DNA of 38,733 nucleotides from the IMG/VR virus record IMGVR_UViG_3300026543_000020, positions 1-38,733 of that record. The stretch is one strand, 5' to 3'. This DNA is from a virus (taxonomy: Duplodnaviria > Caudoviricetes). Position numbers and translations under genes: made by a program. Of this stretch, positions 15,359-24,772 are shown in pieces. Position 1 is the stretch's first letter, and every line of letters starts with the position of its first letter. Below the pieces are notes generated by a model. It searched no databases and was not told the origin of the DNA. It saw only the letters and a program-made list of their open reading frames with translations.

Positions 15359-15447
15359 TGTGGTGTTAGGCGGTGTAGATCCATATAAGGCAATTACTCG
15401 CTTATCTATACTAGCTAGCAGCTTGAGTATCTAGCACTGCATCTAAC
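15359..15447 (+). ncRNA. structured leader RNA (cassette C)
   Basis: TGTGGTGTTAGG pairs with TCTAGCACTGCA; alternative register GTTAG-GCGGTG-TAGAT / ATCTA-GCACTGC-CTAAC. Confidence 0.55.
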
Positions 15448-15465
15448 TAACCAAGGGGAAATATT

Positions 15466-15603
15466 ATGTTTACTTTAATCTTACAGCACGAAATAGAGCA
15501 TTTGTTAAATCGCGGGTTAACTGATAGCGAAGTTAAAGAAATAGAATGCTATATAGAACCCAATGATTCCGCATCGTATATAATTGATTTGTTTGAACTT
15601 TAA
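15466..15603 (+). CDS. small acidic protein (45 aa)
   Basis: AAGGGG RBS; MFTLILQHEIE... Confidence 0.6.
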   Translation: MFTLILQHEIEHLLNRGLTDSEVKEIECYIEPNDSASYIIDLFEL

Positions 15604-15621
15604 TAATTAAAGAGGGAGATA

Positions 15622-15879
15622 ATGAGTATATTTAATAAAAAACAAGTATTAGTAACACAAATGTTTGAAAATCGTAGTGAGTTTGGGCTTTGTTTAAAAA
15701 AAGCTAGAAAGAATAAAAATCTAACTCAAGGAGAGGCGGCCGAGTTGTTGAATAAGGGCGGTTATACGGTGATAGTAAATTGGGAAAAAGGAACGTCTTG
15801 CCCGCATCTTAAGGATTTTGTTTCTGTATGTAATCTTTACGATATAACGCCAAATGAACTATTAGGATTTTTAAAATGA
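15622..15879 (+). CDS. XRE-family HTH regulator
   Basis: LKKARKNKNLTQGEAAELL...NWEKG..CP. Confidence 0.9.
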   Translation: MSIFNKKQVLVTQMFENRSEFGLCLKKARKNKNLTQGEAAELLNKGGYTVIVNWEKGTSCPHLKDFVSVCNLYDITPNELLGFLK

Positions 15880-16052
15880 CGTTAGCTGAACACATAGCCA
15901 AAGAGAAGATCCTCAAAAAAGACTTTGCCAAGCTTCACGGTATATCAAACACAAGCTTATCTAATTGGCTAGATAAAGACTATATCGTACAGGAAGGGGT
16001 AATTTACAGCCCACGCATGAAGATAGTAAAGAAGCTAGGGGGTAGAGAATGA
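15876..16052 (+). CDS. Cro-like HTH protein (58 aa)
   Basis: MTLAEHI...KDFAKLHGISNTSLSNWL; ATGA-coupled on both sides. Confidence 0.7.
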   Translation: MTLAEHIAKEKILKKDFAKLHGISNTSLSNWLDKDYIVQEGVIYSPRMKIVKKLGGRE

Positions 16053-16282
16053 GCGATATTGAACATTTAAAATGGATAAGAGACAGGCTTGAGTTTGTGT
16101 ATGATGAGAGCCCTAATGTTGATTATATGATTAAGTTCCAATCTATAATTGATAGTCTTGATGGCAAAGAGTCAGAGTATAAAAGAAGAATAGAAGACTT
16201 AACCGCTAGTAGGCTGAAGATTAAAAACGACCTAAACGACATATGTCAGGTAGTACTAGCTAAAGGTGGATATGATGAGTGA
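16049..16282 (+). CDS. hypothetical protein
   Basis: coupled ORF; LKWIRDRL..VY.ESPNVDYM motif. Confidence 0.75.
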   Translation: MSDIEHLKWIRDRLEFVYDESPNVDYMIKFQSIIDSLDGKESEYKRRIEDLTASRLKIKNDLNDICQVVLAKGGYDE

Positions 16283-16559
16283 TTATAAAGTAGGTGAGAT
16301 AGCGATACTTTGTAATCTTGTTAATCAATACCAAGAGAACGGAAATGAAGTTGAAATTATTGGAGGATTAAAGCATACAGAGTTTTATTCCATATCAACA
16401 GGGCAGCATGGAGAGGGACTGCGTTATAGAGTTCTTGAAAATAATGGTAAAGAAACAGTAGTCCGTCCTGAATACCTCAAAAAACTACCCCCAAAAGACG
16501 ATACCTGCTCATGGGATGAATGCGAATGGCAACCAACTAAAACACCAGTAGAGGCATAG
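16272..16559 (+). CDS. hypothetical protein (SH3/KOW-like beta pattern)
   Basis: YKVGE...NG.EVEII...V.PEYLKKL. Confidence 0.7.
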   Translation: MMSDYKVGEIAILCNLVNQYQENGNEVEIIGGLKHTEFYSISTGQHGEGLRYRVLENNGKETVVRPEYLKKLPPKDDTCSWDECEWQPTKTPVEA

Positions 16560-16562
16560 AAG

Positions 16563-16826
16563 ATGAATCTTAAATACTTAATGAAAATGCTAGTCGATGA
16601 CCGGGACAGAGTAAAAAAATATATGCCGACCAATCGTGAAATAGAAGTAATTAAAATGTGCAGAGAAGGATGGGTAAGTAGTCTTGTAGTCGCAAAAGAG
16701 CTTAAAGTTAAAGGTAATACCGCTAGTACAGTTTTAATCAATGCTTGGAAGAAAGGTTATTTAAAACGAGAAAAATCGAATTCATCAAGTGGTGGTGTGA
16801 CATATCTTTACTTTTCAATTATATAG
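16563..16826 (+). CDS. winged-helix DNA-binding protein
   Basis: SS..VAKEL....NTAS..L....KKGYLKRE. Confidence 0.7.
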   Translation: MNLKYLMKMLVDDRDRVKKYMPTNREIEVIKMCREGWVSSLVVAKELKVKGNTASTVLINAWKKGYLKREKSNSSSGGVTYLYFSII

Positions 16827-16842
16827 AGCAATGTGAGGTTAA

Positions 16843-17160
16843 ATGATGAGTGATTACTGGAAAGAAACAATATCAGAAATATTAAGCAACCATGGGTTTG
16901 TATTTACTACTGAGAAGATTGAGTCCATTGCAAAGGACATAACCTCTGCCGCTAATGTGGAGGGAGAATATACCCGTATTGCGGAACCTGTTAAACCAGA
17001 AATTAACCCACTAACGTCAAAAGTTGAAAAACTAGAACGTATGCTGGATGCACTCTCTGCCTATTATGGTGTGGGTTTTGATGTAGGCAGAATGGAAATT
17101 TGCACAATGATACAGATTAGTTCAAGTCATTCGGCCAGTCATCGAATCAGGATTGATTAG
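16843..17160 (+). CDS. hypothetical protein
   Basis: GAGG RBS. Confidence 0.7.
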   Translation: MMSDYWKETISEILSNHGFVFTTEKIESIAKDITSAANVEGEYTRIAEPVKPEINPLTSKVEKLERMLDALSAYYGVGFDVGRMEICTMIQISSSHSASHRIRID

Positions 17161-17177
17161 CGAGTAAATAGGGGTAA

Positions 17178-17717
17178 ATGATAATGAGTGAGATAGAGCC
17201 TAAAGATATTGAAAGACTGATATGGCAAGGTGAGAACGATGCTAATACCCGTAGAGAAAGGTCAATGGCTAAAGCGTTAAAGCAATTGCAAGCCCAAGTA
17301 AGTGACCTGGAATGCGTTGATATTAAGATGCTCAGAATGGTGGCCGATAGTATGGTTAATGATTCAGAGGTAATTCTTAGAAACAACCCGAAAGGATTAA
17401 TTGAAAGCTCCCAAGTAGCTAAATGGTTGTCTGGATATGCAGATCAGATTAAAAGATATTTAAGCACTAAGCCATCACCCAAAGAACCTAAGTTAGATGG
17501 ATGGATAAGCGTAGAGGATAGATTGCCTGAAGATGGCTTTGGAGCGTATCTTATTTGTAGAAACGCGCCCCAAGGTGGTCAAGTGGTTAACGAGGCATGG
17601 CTGGATCAATCAGATGAGGATGGATTGCAACTTTGGATTATAGAAGGCGCTGATATTGAACCTGAATATGTAACTCACTGGCAACCACTACCAGCACCAC
17701 TAATGGAGGGTAGCTAA
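17178..17717 (+). CDS. DUF551-domain protein
   Basis: WISVEDRLPE...VTHWQPLPAP. Confidence 0.88.
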   Translation: MIMSEIEPKDIERLIWQGENDANTRRERSMAKALKQLQAQVSDLECVDIKMLRMVADSMVNDSEVILRNNPKGLIESSQVAKWLSGYADQIKRYLSTKPSPKEPKLDGWISVEDRLPEDGFGAYLICRNAPQGGQVVNEAWLDQSDEDGLQLWIIEGADIEPEYVTHWQPLPAPLMEGS

Positions 17718-17999
17718 GTGAGTGGAGACAGTTTTTGCGAGGTGCATGAGGAAAAGTATTGGGAAAAAGATGGATGCTTTTATTGCGAGATAAACAAAAA
17801 AAATGCAGAGCCTTCAAATGAAGAATTGGTTAAAGAAATGAAAGAGGATTTAAAACAAGCTCTAAGAGACGAAAAGGCTGATTCTATTGAGGAAATGCTA
17901 AAGAAATTTAATATCAGCCGTGAAAATAAAATGGGAAGCTATCCTTTGATTACAGTTGATTCTGTTTTGGATTACATCAAAGAGTTAAAAGGAGAGTAA
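17718..17999 (+). CDS. hypothetical protein
   Basis: GGAGG RBS; CxxH/CxxC. Confidence 0.7.
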   Translation: MSGDSFCEVHEEKYWEKDGCFYCEINKKNAEPSNEELVKEMKEDLKQALRDEKADSIEEMLKKFNISRENKMGSYPLITVDSVLDYIKELKGE

Positions 18000-18200
18000 G
18001 TGATGCTAAGCGATGATATTACAGAATGCCCTCATTGCGGCGATACAGAAGACGGGTATAGATATATTGAAATTAGGAAATGGATACAGCGTAAAGGCTG
18101 GGGAAATGATCTAAGCCATGATAGCGCGGACGAAGATTTGAAAGTGCCCGGACAAGGCGCATGCCGTTGTAATAACTGTAATAAAATCGTAAAACGTTGA
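18000..18200 (+). CDS. zinc-ribbon hypothetical protein
   Basis: CPHCG...CNNC. Confidence 0.7.
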   Translation: MMLSDDITECPHCGDTEDGYRYIEIRKWIQRKGWGNDLSHDSADEDLKVPGQGACRCNNCNKIVKR

Positions 18201-18219
18201 AAGCTAAGGAATAAATAGG

Positions 18220-18408
18220 ATGAGTAACGAGAAGCTAATGGGCCCACCAGAAAAAGGCCCTACAATAAGAATCACAGGCAAAGGCCTGGATTTATTGCTT
18301 GTGGTTAACAGTGAAAGCGATAGAGAAATCGTTCAAATGTTTTTAGATGCCGCAGAACGTAGACGATTTGGCAAACAAGTAACCCCAACAGCTAAAGCAC
18401 ATAGGTGA
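18220..18408 (+). CDS. hypothetical protein
   Basis: ORF within the operon. Confidence 0.65.
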   Translation: MSNEKLMGPPEKGPTIRITGKGLDLLLVVNSESDREIVQMFLDAAERRRFGKQVTPTAKAHR

Positions 18409-18412
18409 TGAT

Positions 18413-18748
18413 ATGAAATTTGAATTTGAAATAAACGAAGAAGATATATTAAAAATTGCTAAAAAAGAGATAGAAAAGCTCGCGCATGGCAGCATAAGAG
18501 ATAGTAGAACTAATAACTTGGCGGAAAAGATTAAAAGTATCGCTTACGGCGTCATAGAGCAGAGAACTAATGAGCTGCTAAAATCTTCCGAATTCAAAGG
18601 TAGGGTTGATGATGCTATAAGAGAAAGGGGCGACGAGGAAATAAAAAAGCTAGTAAATCAAAAGGTATCAGGCTGGGTTGCTCATAATGTAAAAGAAATG
18701 CTGAAGTACGCTAGCTTCAGATACCTGGATGAGAAAAATAAGGGTTAA
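18413..18748 (+). CDS. hypothetical protein
   Basis: AGGT RBS. Confidence 0.7.
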   Translation: MKFEFEINEEDILKIAKKEIEKLAHGSIRDSRTNNLAEKIKSIAYGVIEQRTNELLKSSEFKGRVDDAIRERGDEEIKKLVNQKVSGWVAHNVKEMLKYASFRYLDEKNKG

Positions 18749-18775
18749 CCCCACTAACATCAGCAAGGAGATAAG

Positions 18776-18961
18776 ATGAAACATAAAGTAATCAGGGTGC
18801 AGCTCGATAAAACAAACGACGAATTGCAATTTATTGTTAAGTCTAAGGATTCAACTGAGTTTGCTTCCAGATTTTTTGCTGAAGTACAAGAAAAGCTTAA
18901 TGATGTGCTGAATGGTAAATATATTAAACTTCCCTTTGGGATTCGCATTGTTAAGATTTAG
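18776..18961 (+). CDS. hypothetical protein
   Basis: AAGGAG RBS. Confidence 0.65.
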   Translation: MKHKVIRVQLDKTNDELQFIVKSKDSTEFASRFFAEVQEKLNDVLNGKYIKLPFGIRIVKI

Positions 18962-18977
18962 CGCAGGAGAATAAGCC

Positions 18978-19172
18978 GTGAGTGATCAAATAACATTAAC
19001 AGCAAAGCAGCTTAAGTCAGCTCTTGAATTTGTAGCGCCAGATGGAACAGAAGACCAGCTTAAGCAAGAGGTTTCTATTGGGTGGATTTCAAGAAAAGAA
19101 TCGAACATTGGATATTACGCTTGGTTAACTGAAGAACCAGGGGAAGGTTCTATATTTTTGGGTATTGATTAA
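18978..19172 (+). CDS. hypothetical protein
   Basis: AGGAG RBS. Confidence 0.7.
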   Translation: MSDQITLTAKQLKSALEFVAPDGTEDQLKQEVSIGWISRKESNIGYYAWLTEEPGEGSIFLGID

Positions 19173-19352
19173 CGGGTATAGGGCAAGAATTCAAGCCCAT
19201 AATACTGTAGAATGAGTAAATGGTAGACTATGATAAATTCAAATACTGGCTAAAGAATCACCCCTGGGTAAAAGAGGAAGATAAGGCTAAGATACTGAAA
19301 GTCTACAAGAAAAAGCTCAAGGTGTATGAAGATAAGAAATCAGGTAAGAAAA

Positions 19353-19571
19353 ATGGAATGTCCAAACTGCCAAACAGAACTAGAAGCACAGCTAAGAAAG
19401 GAGAAGTATAAGTTTAAAGGTGTTAAACTGGCCGTTAACCTAAATGTTTTCATTTGTAATACGTGCCAGGAAGAGTTCATAGACGAAGAGGAGCAAAGGA
19501 TTTACCAGGAAAAATGCAGAAACTTCGTGCAAAAGGTTGAGAATTCTATTAAGAAGGTAAGCGTTCACTAA
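19353..19571 (+). CDS. YgiT/MqsA-type zinc finger protein (no HTH)
   Basis: MECPNC...YKFKG...CNTCQEEFID.EE. Confidence 0.75.
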   Translation: MECPNCQTELEAQLRKEKYKFKGVKLAVNLNVFICNTCQEEFIDEEEQRIYQEKCRNFVQKVENSIKKVSVH

Positions 19572-19586
19572 CTAGGAGAGCCAACA

Positions 19587-19664
19587 GTGCCAGGACATAC
19601 CCCAAAAGAGAAGAAAAAGAGAGCTACCAAGAAAGGCAAAAAGAAAGGGACTAAGCGTAAGTAA
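19587..19664 (+). CDS. 25-aa Lys-rich peptide
   Basis: AGGAG RBS, GTG start, MPGHTPKEKKKRATKKGKKKGTKRK. Confidence 0.6.
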   Translation: MPGHTPKEKKKRATKKGKKKGTKRK

Positions 19665-19786
19665 TGACTGATAAGCCACGCTATAGATATTGCCATGCAA
19701 GAAAAGAATGGCACTTAGTCGATATGAGAAACCGGCGTATAATGAAAATGGCCTATGACGCTTTGATTAAAGAGTTATTGTCCTAA
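19664..19786 (+). CDS. small hypothetical protein (40 aa)
   Basis: TAATG-coupled; ends just before terS. Confidence 0.5.
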   Translation: MTDKPRYRYCHARKEWHLVDMRNRRIMKMAYDALIKELLS

Positions 19787-19787
19787 T

Positions 19788-20213
19788 ATGAATGAATCGA
19801 CACGTGAAACATCAAGAGAAATATTCGATACCTTAAGCGCATCACACCAGAAAGTATTAACCAACATGGTAGTGAAAGGCCTTAACCAAACCAGGGCTTA
19901 TATGGACGCCTACCCTGAAAGCTCATACGACGCCGCTAGAGACTCCTCAAGCCAACTCCTTGCAAAGCCTTGCATGAAGGAAGCCTACGCAGAACTCAAG
20001 CTAGAGCTAAAGGAGAGGGCCTCAGTGGACTTTGATTGGGTGCTTGATGGTTTAGTAGAACTAGCTAAGCATGAAAACGATGATGGCAAGATAGATATTA
20101 ACGCAAGGAAGGGTGTTTATAACGAAATAAATAAGATGTTAGGCAACCACGCGCCAGCAGAATCCAATCTTACTTTGGTTAACTCCGAACAATGGCTCAA
20201 GCAGCTCAAGTAG
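19788..20213 (+). CDS. terS: terminase small subunit
   Basis: NQTRAYMDAY...AARDSSSQLL; immediately upstream of TerL. Confidence 0.88.
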   Translation: MNESTRETSREIFDTLSASHQKVLTNMVVKGLNQTRAYMDAYPESSYDAARDSSSQLLAKPCMKEAYAELKLELKERASVDFDWVLDGLVELAKHENDDGKIDINARKGVYNEINKMLGNHAPAESNLTLVNSEQWLKQLK

Positions 20214-21730
20214 AACCCACAGAACTAGAACAAAGACAACGGCTAAAAGACGACTTTCCCTTCTTTGCCAGAAATTGTCTGACTGTTAAAACAAAATCTA
20301 AAGGAAACCAGCCGTTACACCTCAATCGAGCCCAACAATACGTCCATGAACGTATAGAAGAACAGCTAGCCGAATCTGGCATGGTTCGGGCAATTGTCCT
20401 GAAAGGCAGGCAGCAAGGGATTTCTACCTATGCTGAAGGGCGCTATATCTGGAAAACAATCCACCAAGAATCTGTAGGGGCTTATATCCTGACGCATGAG
20501 GAGGAAGCCACCAGAACACTTTTTTCAATGAGTAAGCGGTATTACGATAATTTACCGGAACAAATACGCCCCACACTTGGTAAAAGTAACGCGAAAGAGC
20601 TTAATTTCTCTAAGCTGGATTCAGGATTTAAGGTTGGAACAGCCGGGAATAAATCAGTCGGGCGCTCACAAACTAATCAATTTTTCCACGGCTCTGAAGT
20701 GGCTTTCTGGCCTAACGCTGCCGAGCACGCGAAAGGCATCCTGCAAACTGTTCCAGACGCACCCGGTACAGAAATTATATACGAATCAACAGCTAACGGG
20801 TTGAATAACTTCTTCCATCAACAATGGAAGCTAGCCGAATCTGGGGTGAGTGAATTTATCGCTATATTTGTTCCCTGGTTTTGGCAGGATGAATACAGGA
20901 AGACGCTACCTGCGGACTTTATTAAAACGGATGAGGAGGATTTACTTACTAACCAATATGAGTTAGATGACGAACAGATATACTGGATGAGACATAAGAT
21001 TGTTGAATTGTCAGCAGATGGTACAGATGGAATAAAGTCATTTAGGCAAGAATACCCAATGAATGCAGCGGAAGCGTTTCAAACATCCGGAGGAGATGGA
21101 CTGATAAAGTTCGATGTTGTCGTTAAAGCAAGGAAGGCTAATGTTAATCCTGGCGGCCCGCTTATTGTCGGTGTAGACCCATCCAGAGGTGGTGATAGGT
21201 TCTCTATGATTAAGAGATGCGGTCGCAAAGCTTATGATAAGAAAAACTGGACAGGTGACCAAGTTGATACACTTGGAAAAGCTGTTAGTAAGTGCAAACA
21301 AACCCTGGACGAGGTATGCCCTATAGCTGGAAAAGTTCCCGACATGATGTTTATTGATGCGGGTGGAGGTGCTGAAATCGTTGATAGGTTGCATGAACTG
21401 GGTTATTCAGATAGAGTTAAGGCGATTTATTTTGGTTCTTCTCCCTTGAATGACACAAAATATAAGAACAAGCGCGGAGAAATGTGGGGAGAAGCAAATC
21501 TTTGGCTCAGTGATGAAAATCTTGAGGTAGATATACCCGATGATGACGAATTACAAGCTGATTTATGCGCTTCTCCTTACCATAGAGATTCACACGATAG
21601 GATAATCTTGGAAACTAAAGAAAAGATTAAGAAAGAATTCGGATTTTCTCCTGATGATGGTGACGCTCTGGTTCTCACCTTCGCTGAACCTATTCGACCT
21701 AAAGCCCGCAAAATGAACTTTGTTGTATGA
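20192..21730 (+). CDS. terL: terminase large subunit
   Basis: LKGRQQGIST Walker A, HGSEVAFW, ESTANG, GVDPSRGGD and SPDDGDAL nuclease motifs. Confidence 0.97.
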   Translation: MAQAAQVEPTELEQRQRLKDDFPFFARNCLTVKTKSKGNQPLHLNRAQQYVHERIEEQLAESGMVRAIVLKGRQQGISTYAEGRYIWKTIHQESVGAYILTHEEEATRTLFSMSKRYYDNLPEQIRPTLGKSNAKELNFSKLDSGFKVGTAGNKSVGRSQTNQFFHGSEVAFWPNAAEHAKGILQTVPDAPGTEIIYESTANGLNNFFHQQWKLAESGVSEFIAIFVPWFWQDEYRKTLPADFIKTDEEDLLTNQYELDDEQIYWMRHKIVELSADGTDGIKSFRQEYPMNAAEAFQTSGGDGLIKFDVVVKARKANVNPGGPLIVGVDPSRGGDRFSMIKRCGRKAYDKKNWTGDQVDTLGKAVSKCKQTLDEVCPIAGKVPDMMFIDAGGGAEIVDRLHELGYSDRVKAIYFGSSPLNDTKYKNKRGEMWGEANLWLSDENLEVDIPDDDELQADLCASPYHRDSHDRIILETKEKIKKEFGFSPDDGDALVLTFAEPIRPKARKMNFVV

Positions 21731-23892
21731 CTATAGACTTCCAAGACCATGACGTTGTAGTTCGACAGCTTGAGACAGATCAGGCAGACGAGAAGGACGT
21801 AAGAGATTTAAGCCGCTTGCAACAGCGATTCCTTAGTGCTGCCCCTGACGCAATGTGGGAAGATGACATTGTAAAGAAGTTTGGCGAGAGACCCCGTTAT
21901 ACTTTCGACATGATATCCCACCAAATCGACCAGACGGCCGGTGAGATAGAACAAAATGAATTCCAAGCTAAGGTAGACGCATTAGGCTCAGGAGCTAGCA
22001 AGGAGACAGCTAAGACTTTAAACGGCCTTGTTCGCAATATTCAAGTATCCTCCAATGCCTCAAGGATTTATCAGAGAGCCGGTAAGAAGATGCTTAAAAT
22101 AGGCATGGATGGATGGCGCGTTTTCTCTGAATTTGAGTCACAGAAGTCATCTAAACAAGTCCTCAAGATACAGAAAATAGACAATGCAATTAATCGAATA
22201 TGGTTTGACTCTAACTCTGTTGAAGAGGATAGGTCTGATGCCAGATGGGTCTTTGACCTACGAGCATTAAGCCCTTCAGTCTACGAAGAGAAGTTTCCTA
22301 AAGGTAAGAAGCAAAGCCTTTCAGAAAATAACACCAATCCCCTTGGCGGTAATCGGATAAATGATCAGCGCGAAGTGATTGTGGTTGGTGAATTTCTGTA
22401 TAAGAAAGAGATAGTTAAGGAAGTTATTGAGTTTAGTGACGGGTCTATACATGAGAACAACGACAAGCTGAAAGGTCTAATGGATGAGATGGCAGACCAA
22501 GGCATTACCCCTGTTAGAGATCCTGTTAAACGTGAGAGTTTTGAGGTTAAGTCAAGATGGTTTGATGCCGGTAGCTGGTTAACAGACGAGAAGGATACTC
22601 CTTTTGATTTGTTACCTGTCTGCGTTGTTTATGGCGACTTTGATGTAATAGACAATCAGGTAAGTTACGAAGGAATGACGCTGAAGTTAATGGATGCTCA
22701 AATGGTTCTAAACTATGCAGAGTCCAGGAAGATTGAAGAGGGAGCAATATCACCACGGGCTAAGATATGGATGACAGAGACTCAATCGGCAGGTCATGAG
22801 ACTGAGCTAGAGCAAATGAACGTCAGCGCTACCCCTATACAACTTTATACTTTTGACAAAGATAACCCAGCACCTCCTTTCCCAACCCCTGGCCCACAAG
22901 TCAATCAGTCATTATCTGAAACATCGGCCTCGATGCAGCAGATGATACAAACCTCAACCAACCAACATACCGACCCCCAAAGAACTTTGGTTAGTGGTGT
23001 TGCACTGGAAAGGGCTGAGAACAAAGGCAATACAAGTAATATCAAGTACCATAATTCTTTAATGGTGGGCATCCAATACACTTGCCAGGTCTTAATGGGC
23101 GCCATTCCGGTTGTTTATGATACCCGTGACAGACAGATAAGGATCTTAGAGGAAGACGGCACAGCCGATATCGTAACAATCAATAAAACTATAAGAAACG
23201 AAGAAACAGGGAAGCTAGAAACGCTTAACGACTTTTCTATTGGGGACTTTGACATTACATGCTCAGTTGGTGCAGCCTTTAAGAACCGCCAGCAGGAAGC
23301 TATAAACGCTCAATTAAGATTAGCTGAAGTCTTACCGGGGTCATTGGAACAAAGTGCCGACATATTTGTTGGTAATATCCAAGCTCCAGGAATGGAAATG
23401 GTAAGAGAGAGGCTAAGAAAGCGGTTATTTGATGAAGGCCAAATCCCTGAGTCTCAATGGACAGATGAAGAAAAGAAAGAGGTTGAAGAAGAGATTCAAC
23501 GATTACAGGCAGAACAGGAAGCAGCAGGTCAACAGACAGACCCAGTAACAGAAGCGGTAGTAGCTGATGCGGCGAGCCAAATCCAAGATAGAGAAACACA
23601 GACAGAGCTAGACATTGCCAAAATGCAGCAAGATTTAGAGAAACAGCAACAAGATTTCTTTATCAAACAAGAAGAGTTAGACCTCAAACGACAAGAACAA
23701 CAGCGCAAAGACTTCGAGACACAGATTAAAGCGCTGGGAGACTTAACAGAAGCATGGACAAAAGGAATTTCAGGGCCTCCAACTATAGGAACGGTAGACA
23801 ATCAGGCCAGACTTGTATTACAATCACAAAATCAGGTTAGTAAAGACTTACCAACTAACTCCAGTGATATAAGCGAACCTAGCGCACTCTAG
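21727..23892 (+). CDS. P22-like portal protein
   Basis: 721 aa after TerL; RPRYTFD, MDAQ..LNY, SGVALE and long C-terminal coiled coil. Confidence 0.92.
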   Translation: MTIDFQDHDVVVRQLETDQADEKDVRDLSRLQQRFLSAAPDAMWEDDIVKKFGERPRYTFDMISHQIDQTAGEIEQNEFQAKVDALGSGASKETAKTLNGLVRNIQVSSNASRIYQRAGKKMLKIGMDGWRVFSEFESQKSSKQVLKIQKIDNAINRIWFDSNSVEEDRSDARWVFDLRALSPSVYEEKFPKGKKQSLSENNTNPLGGNRINDQREVIVVGEFLYKKEIVKEVIEFSDGSIHENNDKLKGLMDEMADQGITPVRDPVKRESFEVKSRWFDAGSWLTDEKDTPFDLLPVCVVYGDFDVIDNQVSYEGMTLKLMDAQMVLNYAESRKIEEGAISPRAKIWMTETQSAGHETELEQMNVSATPIQLYTFDKDNPAPPFPTPGPQVNQSLSETSASMQQMIQTSTNQHTDPQRTLVSGVALERAENKGNTSNIKYHNSLMVGIQYTCQVLMGAIPVVYDTRDRQIRILEEDGTADIVTINKTIRNEETGKLETLNDFSIGDFDITCSVGAAFKNRQQEAINAQLRLAEVLPGSLEQSADIFVGNIQAPGMEMVRERLRKRLFDEGQIPESQWTDEEKKEVEEEIQRLQAEQEAAGQQTDPVTEAVVADAASQIQDRETQTELDIAKMQQDLEKQQQDFFIKQEELDLKRQEQQRKDFETQIKALGDLTEAWTKGISGPPTIGTVDNQARLVLQSQNQVSKDLPTNSSDISEPSAL

Positions 23893-23942
23893 GGAACGAA
23901 CCAGCGGAACTGGGACTTTAAATAGCCATTTAAGGTAGACAT

Positions 23943-24758
23943 ATGAACGATACAGTGGAAGTGCCTGTATTTGCGAACGATGGTTTGCAGGATACAAGCC
24001 AAGATGAATCACAACCATCAACGGACAAAGCTAATGCTAGTCCAGAACAAAAGAAGGCTTATGCACTTGATAAGCGTTTTAGCAAGTTAACAGGCGATAT
24101 TAAATCGAGAGATACTGCCTTAGCCAATAAGGATAAAGACTTAGAGGTTAGCGCAAGTAAGAATGCAGAACTAGAGGCAAGAATTGCTGAATTATCAGCA
24201 CCTAAAGCCCCGAATGCTGACCTTGAACTTGATAACCCTGATGAGTTTAAAAGGCAGAATGATGTTTTTAACGCTCATACTATAACTAAAGGCCAAAACG
24301 CCGCAGTTGAAAGAGCTAAAGTCGAATTAAGACAAGAAATAGCGGCAGAGCGAAAGCAAGAACAACTCAATGTAGAAACAGAGAAGTTTAACCAGAAAGC
24401 AGATGCACATATTAAGAAAGGAGAAGCAATAGGACTCTCAGAGGAAGACATGATAGTTAGCGCAAATGTATTAGCTAACGTAGGTGTTTCCAATGATGTT
24501 CAAGACTTCATCTTTGATGACCCAGAAGGCCCACAAATCGCGGACTTTCTAGCCAATAACCCGAAAGAGTTAGAAGCAATGGTCGAGTTATCTACTACAG
24601 GTCAAATCTCTCATATCGAAAGAGTTGTACGCGCCCAAGCTGTGTCAAATAAACCAACGGTTTCAGGTGCGCCCAATCCCTTATTGAATATCAAAGGTGG
24701 CGGGATGCAAGAGCAAGATGATTTTGACAAACTTTGTCCGGGAGCCGAATTTAAATAA
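23943..24758 (+). CDS. scaffolding protein
   Basis: between portal and coat; coiled coil, GPQIADFLANNP, SGAPNP. Confidence 0.82.
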   Translation: MNDTVEVPVFANDGLQDTSQDESQPSTDKANASPEQKKAYALDKRFSKLTGDIKSRDTALANKDKDLEVSASKNAELEARIAELSAPKAPNADLELDNPDEFKRQNDVFNAHTITKGQNAAVERAKVELRQEIAAERKQEQLNVETEKFNQKADAHIKKGEAIGLSEEDMIVSANVLANVGVSNDVQDFIFDDPEGPQIADFLANNPKELEAMVELSTTGQISHIERVVRAQAVSNKPTVSGAPNPLLNIKGGGMQEQDDFDKLCPGAEFK

Positions 24759-24772
24759 TAAGGTGACCCAAA

